64,000 nt of DNA from Hyphomonadaceae bacterium UBA1849 (lineage in GTDB: Bacteria > Pseudomonadota > Alphaproteobacteria > Caulobacterales > Hyphomonadaceae), in NCBI GenBank assembly GCA_002338565.1, contig DDIN01000006.1:110047-174046 (forward strand), read 5' to 3'. The first letter of the stretch is position 1, and every line of letters starts with the position of its first letter. Below the pieces are notes generated by a model, which saw only the letters and a list, made by a program, of their open reading frames with translations, was not told where the DNA came from and did no database searches. Position numbers and translations under genes: made by a program. This document shows, in pieces, positions 60,816-64,000 of the stretch.

Positions 60816-61346
60816 ATGGCCGGAATAGATGATTCAATGAGCTTCAAACCAGTTCGCATCGCCGTTCTGGTAGTCAGTGATACCCGCACCATGGAAACTG
60901 ACACTTCAGGCCAGACACTCGCCGACCGACTGACCGAAGCCGGTCATGTTCTGGCAGACCGTAAAATTGTGATCGATGACCGTCAGCTGGTTCGACAGGC
61001 CGTTCAAAACTGGATCGCTGACCCTGAGGTCGACGCGGTCATCACCAGTGGTGGCACAGGCCTGACTGGTCGCGATGTCACAGTCGAAGCTCTTACGCCA
61101 CTCTTTGATAAAGTTATCGATGGCTTCTCAGCTGTTTTTCATCAGGTCAGCTTTCAAACGGTCGGCCTATCAACTCTTCAATCACGTGCAGTTGCGGGCC
61201 TTGCTGGCAGCACGTTTGTATTCTGCCTGCCGGGCTCTACCGGTGCCGTAAAAGATGGCTGGGACCAAATTCTGAAATACCAGCTCGATAGCCGCTATCG
61301 CCCGTGCAACATGGTCGAACTTATGCCACGCCTGACGGAGGTCTGA
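60816..61346 (+). CDS. moaB: Molybdenum cofactor biosynthesis protein B
   Basis: VSDTR...[35 protein letters not shown]. Confidence 0.95.
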   Translation: MAGIDDSMSFKPVRIAVLVVSDTRTMETDTSGQTLADRLTEAGHVLADRKIVIDDRQLVRQAVQNWIADPEVDAVITSGGTGLTGRDVTVEALTPLFDKVIDGFSAVFHQVSFQTVGLSTLQSRAVAGLAGSTFVFCLPGSTGAVKDGWDQILKYQLDSRYRPCNMVELMPRLTEV

Positions 61347-61825
61347 TGTCCAACGACCTGACACATATTGGCCCTGACGGTCGCGCTCGGATGGTAGATG
61401 TAAGCGCCAAGGCGGAGACTGAGCGCGTTGCTGTTGCGATCGGTTATGTCGAAATGAAGCCCGAGACGCTCTCAATTGCCCTGCAGCGTTCCACCAAAAA
61501 AGGTGATCCGCTTGCGATATCCGAGCTCGCAGGGATTATGGGGGCAAAAAAGACCTCTGACTTGATCCCGCTCTGTCACCCGCTGCCGCTTACAGGTGTA
61601 AATGTCGAGATCAGCGAGGCGGATCGCCCGAATAGTCTCGCTGTACGAGCAACTGCGAAAACAACGGGGAAAACCGGAGTGGAGATGGAGGCTTTGACAG
61701 CCGTCTCTGTCGCCTGCCTGACGATTTACGATATGCTCAAAGCCGTGGACAAAGGCATGGTCATCACAGGTGTCGAACTGGTTTCAAAAACTGGCGGCAA
61801 GTCAGGCGACTTCCACAAGGCTTAA
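61346..61825 (+). CDS. moaC: Cyclic pyranopterin monophosphate synthase
   Basis: [54 protein letters not shown]; TGATG coupling. Confidence 0.97.
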   Translation: MSNDLTHIGPDGRARMVDVSAKAETERVAVAIGYVEMKPETLSIALQRSTKKGDPLAISELAGIMGAKKTSDLIPLCHPLPLTGVNVEISEADRPNSLAVRATAKTTGKTGVEMEALTAVSVACLTIYDMLKAVDKGMVITGVELVSKTGGKSGDFHKA

Positions 61826-61875
61826 GGCGGCAAATTCGACGCCGCTCACATTTTTGTTAGACTGGCCGCTAAACG

Positions 61876-61996
61876 AGTTCACATTGAACTGTAGGCAGGT
61901 TGGATAAATTAAACTATCCTCAAGTGAAACAGAGCGTATCGCTAAGGGGAGACGGAGCGTTCAGGGCCGAAAGATTAGTTTTAACTATCTCTTTCG
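61876..61996. promoter_or_regulatory. Cluster of palindromes upstream of the IorAB-type operon
   Basis: AGTTCA-N3-TGAACT (61876-61890); GGATA-N8-TATCC (61902-61919); CGAAAG..TAGTT-TT-AACTA..CTTTCG (61968-61996). Confidence 0.45.
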
Positions 61997-62035
61997 AACG
62001 TTTGGACCTTCGACAAATCAAGAAGGGCTATCGGA

Positions 62036-62488
62036 ATGGCAAGACTGCATGTGAACGGTCAGGTGGTAGACGTCGAATTCGACGACGACACACCTCTGCT
62101 TTGGGTACTGCGCGAACAACTCGGCCTCACCGGCTCGAAATACGGGTGCGGTGTCGCAGCGTGCGGCGCATGTACTGTCCACATTGACGGCATGGCTGTT
62201 CGCTCTTGCGTGTATCCGGCCTCGGCTGTTTCTGAAGAAGAGCAGATCACGACGATTGAAGGTCTCTCCGAAGATGGAAGCCATCCGGTTCAGGAAGCCT
62301 GGAAAGAGCTCGATGTCCCTCAGTGCGGATATTGCCAACCCGGCATGATCATGGCTGTCGCAGGAATGCTCAATAACAATCCTGAAGCGTCAGACGAAGA
62401 CACAGACGCAGAAATCACCAACATCTGCCGCTGTGGCACCTTCCAGCGTGTACGCCGCGGCGTGCAGCTCGCGAAAACCAAAATGTAA
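62036..62488 (+). CDS. iorA: 2Fe-2S small subunit of an isoquinoline 1-oxidoreductase-type molybdoenzyme
   Basis: GSKYGCGVAACGACTVH, RSC, QCGYCQPG, NICRCGT. Confidence 0.9.
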   Translation: MARLHVNGQVVDVEFDDDTPLLWVLREQLGLTGSKYGCGVAACGACTVHIDGMAVRSCVYPASAVSEEEQITTIEGLSEDGSHPVQEAWKELDVPQCGYCQPGMIMAVAGMLNNNPEASDEDTDAEITNICRCGTFQRVRRGVQLAKTKM

Positions 62489-62502
62489 GCGGAGGCATTA
62501 AT

Positions 62503-64000
62503 ATGACCAATTCTATTTCGCTTTCTCGCCGCGGTTTTCTGATCAGTTCTGGCGCCGCTGGCCTGACAATTTCTTTCCTTGCAGGTTGTGCGGGCGCAGA
62601 CGACAACACATCTGCTGCCGCTGACCTGCCGCCAAACCCCGAAGTAAACGCCTGGGTCCACATCGGCCGCGATGACGTTGTCACAATCCGTATCGCTCGC
62701 TCTGAGATGGGTCAGGGAACACTGACCGGCCTTGCGCAGCTTGTTGCAGAGGAACTCGAAGCCGACTGGGACAAGGTCGTCACAGAATATCCGACGCCGG
62801 GTGAAAACCTTGCGCGGGACCGTGTGTGGCGTGACTTCTCCACGGGCGGCAGTCAGGGCATCCGCTCGTCCCATCAATATGTTCGCGAAGGCGCTGCCGC
62901 AGCACGCATAATGATGGTTCAGGCCGCTGCAAATGAATGGGGCGTTCCAGTAGGCGAATGCTCGGTCAGTAAAGGTGTCATAACTCATGGTCCATCAGGC
63001 AATGAGCTGACCTTCGGCGCCGTTGCAGAAGCGGCTTCTCAGCTCGAGGCACCTTCCGATATCACGCTCAAAGATCCATCCACATGGACGATCATTGGCC
63101 AACCGGTCGCGCGTCTCGACACCGCTGATAAAGTCACCGGCGCACAACAATACGGCGCTGATATTTTGTTGGACGGCATGCTGCTCGCATCTATCAAAGC
63201 TGCGCCTGTGCGCAATGCGACGGTAGCCAGCTTCGATGCCTCTGCTGTTGAAGGTATGCCGGGCGTCGTCAAAGTCATGCAGGTTGGTGATAATGCTGTA
63301 GCCGTTGTCGCTGACACATGGTGGCGCGCCAATAAAGCTGTCGAAGCACTCCCGATCGAATGGGCAGGCGGTGATCGTTTCAACTCGGCAGACTTCGAAG
63401 CTGAGCTGGATGAAGGTCTCACTGCCGAAGCAGCCGGAATCGGAAATCAGGGCGGCGATGTAGATACCGCATTTGCGAATGCGGCTCAGATTGTGGAGGC
63501 AACATACAACCTGCCGTTCCAGAGCCATGCGCCGATGGAACCAATGAACGCGACAGCGCTCTACACTGATGAGAGCTGCGAAGTCTGGTGTCCAACACAG
63601 AACGGTGAAGCTGCACTTGCCGCAGCATCTCAGGCCTCCGGTCTGCCGATAGCTCAGTGTGAAGTTTACAAGCAGCTGCTTGGTGGCGGTTTCGGACGCC
63701 GAGGCATGTCTGACTATGTCACGCAAGCCGTTCTAATCGCGAAAGAGATGCCGGGCACACCAATCAAGCTTCAATGGAGCCGTGAGGAAGACCAGCGTCA
63801 GGGTTTCTATCACCCGACAACGAAAGCACGCGTACGCGGCGCACTGGATGATGACGGCAATCTGACTGGCGTGAACATCCGTATTTCCGGCCAGTCGATC
63901 CTCGCAGGCATCATGCCTCAGGCCATTGTCGGAGGCATTGACATTGCGACCTTCCAGGGCCTCGCGTCACCGGATAACCCGCGCACAGCTGACCAGAGCC
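62503..64000 (+). CDS. iorB: Molybdopterin-binding large subunit (IorB family), partial, with Tat signal
   Basis: Not in the track; ATG 62503 after GGAGG translates to MTNSISLSRRGFLISSGAAGLTISFLAGC, then VNAWVHIG, EMGQG..T.LAQLVAEEL, STGGS, HAPMEP, LGGGFGRR, WSREED. Confidence 0.93.
   Translation, partial: MTNSISLSRRGFLISSGAAGLTISFLAGCAGADDNTSAAADLPPNPEVNAWVHIGRDDVVTIRIARSEMGQGTLTGLAQLVAEELEADWDKVVTEYPTPGENLARDRVWRDFSTGGSQGIRSSHQYVREGAAAARIMMVQAAANEWGVPVGECSVSKGVITHGPSGNELTFGAVAEAASQLEAPSDITLKDPSTWTIIGQPVARLDTADKVTGAQQYGADILLDGMLLASIKAAPVRNATVASFDASAVEGMPGVVKVMQVGDNAVAVVADTWWRANKAVEALPIEWAGGDRFNSADFEAELDEGLTAEAAGIGNQGGDVDTAFANAAQIVEATYNLPFQSHAPMEPMNATALYTDESCEVWCPTQNGEAALAAASQASGLPIAQCEVYKQLLGGGFGRRGMSDYVTQAVLIAKEMPGTPIKLQWSREEDQRQGFYHPTTKARVRGALDDDGNLTGVNIRISGQSILAGIMPQAIVGGIDIATFQGLASPDNPRTADQS

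Noticed and set aside
1-64000. CRISPR arrays, IS elements, integrases, rRNA, dispersed REP-like repeats
   Set aside because: None seen. Intergenic gaps are all under about 300 nt and the hairpins found do not share sequence.

Overview
Chromosomal window of an alphaproteobacterium. Gene style suggests Hyphomonadaceae or another Caulobacterales-like lineage; this is an inference and no search was run. In order it holds: the 5' part of the complex I operon (nuoA-F and partial nuoG); a glmS-glmM-gmd-like sugar-nucleotide operon; tesB; a GT4 glycosyltransferase; tRNA-Val(TAC); purU; an Anbu / alpha-E / circularly permuted ATP-grasp operon head-to-head with a transglutaminase-DUF2126 fusion (predicted peptide-tagging system); a tripartite RND pump; acyl-CoA ligase; xseB-ispA-dxs; several housekeeping and orphan hydrolase genes; an NRAMP-pxpABC 5-oxoprolinase operon; a five-gene co-directional cluster (large secreted vWA protein, secreted PPC-repeat protein, 4-TM acidic-tail protein, CoxD-type MoxR ATPase, CoxE-type vWA); acyl-CoA dehydrogenase; an xdhC-mocA fusion with moaADEBC; and a Tat-exported IorAB-type molybdoenzyme (partial). 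The most striking observation is an apparently split vWA domain. The MIDAS-bearing N-terminal part is in the 52781-55840 gene, and the missing last strand-helix-strand-helix appears inside the adjacent, separately secreted 51258-52784 gene. I saw no CRISPR array, integrase, transposase or rRNA. All family assignments come from motif recognition by eye.
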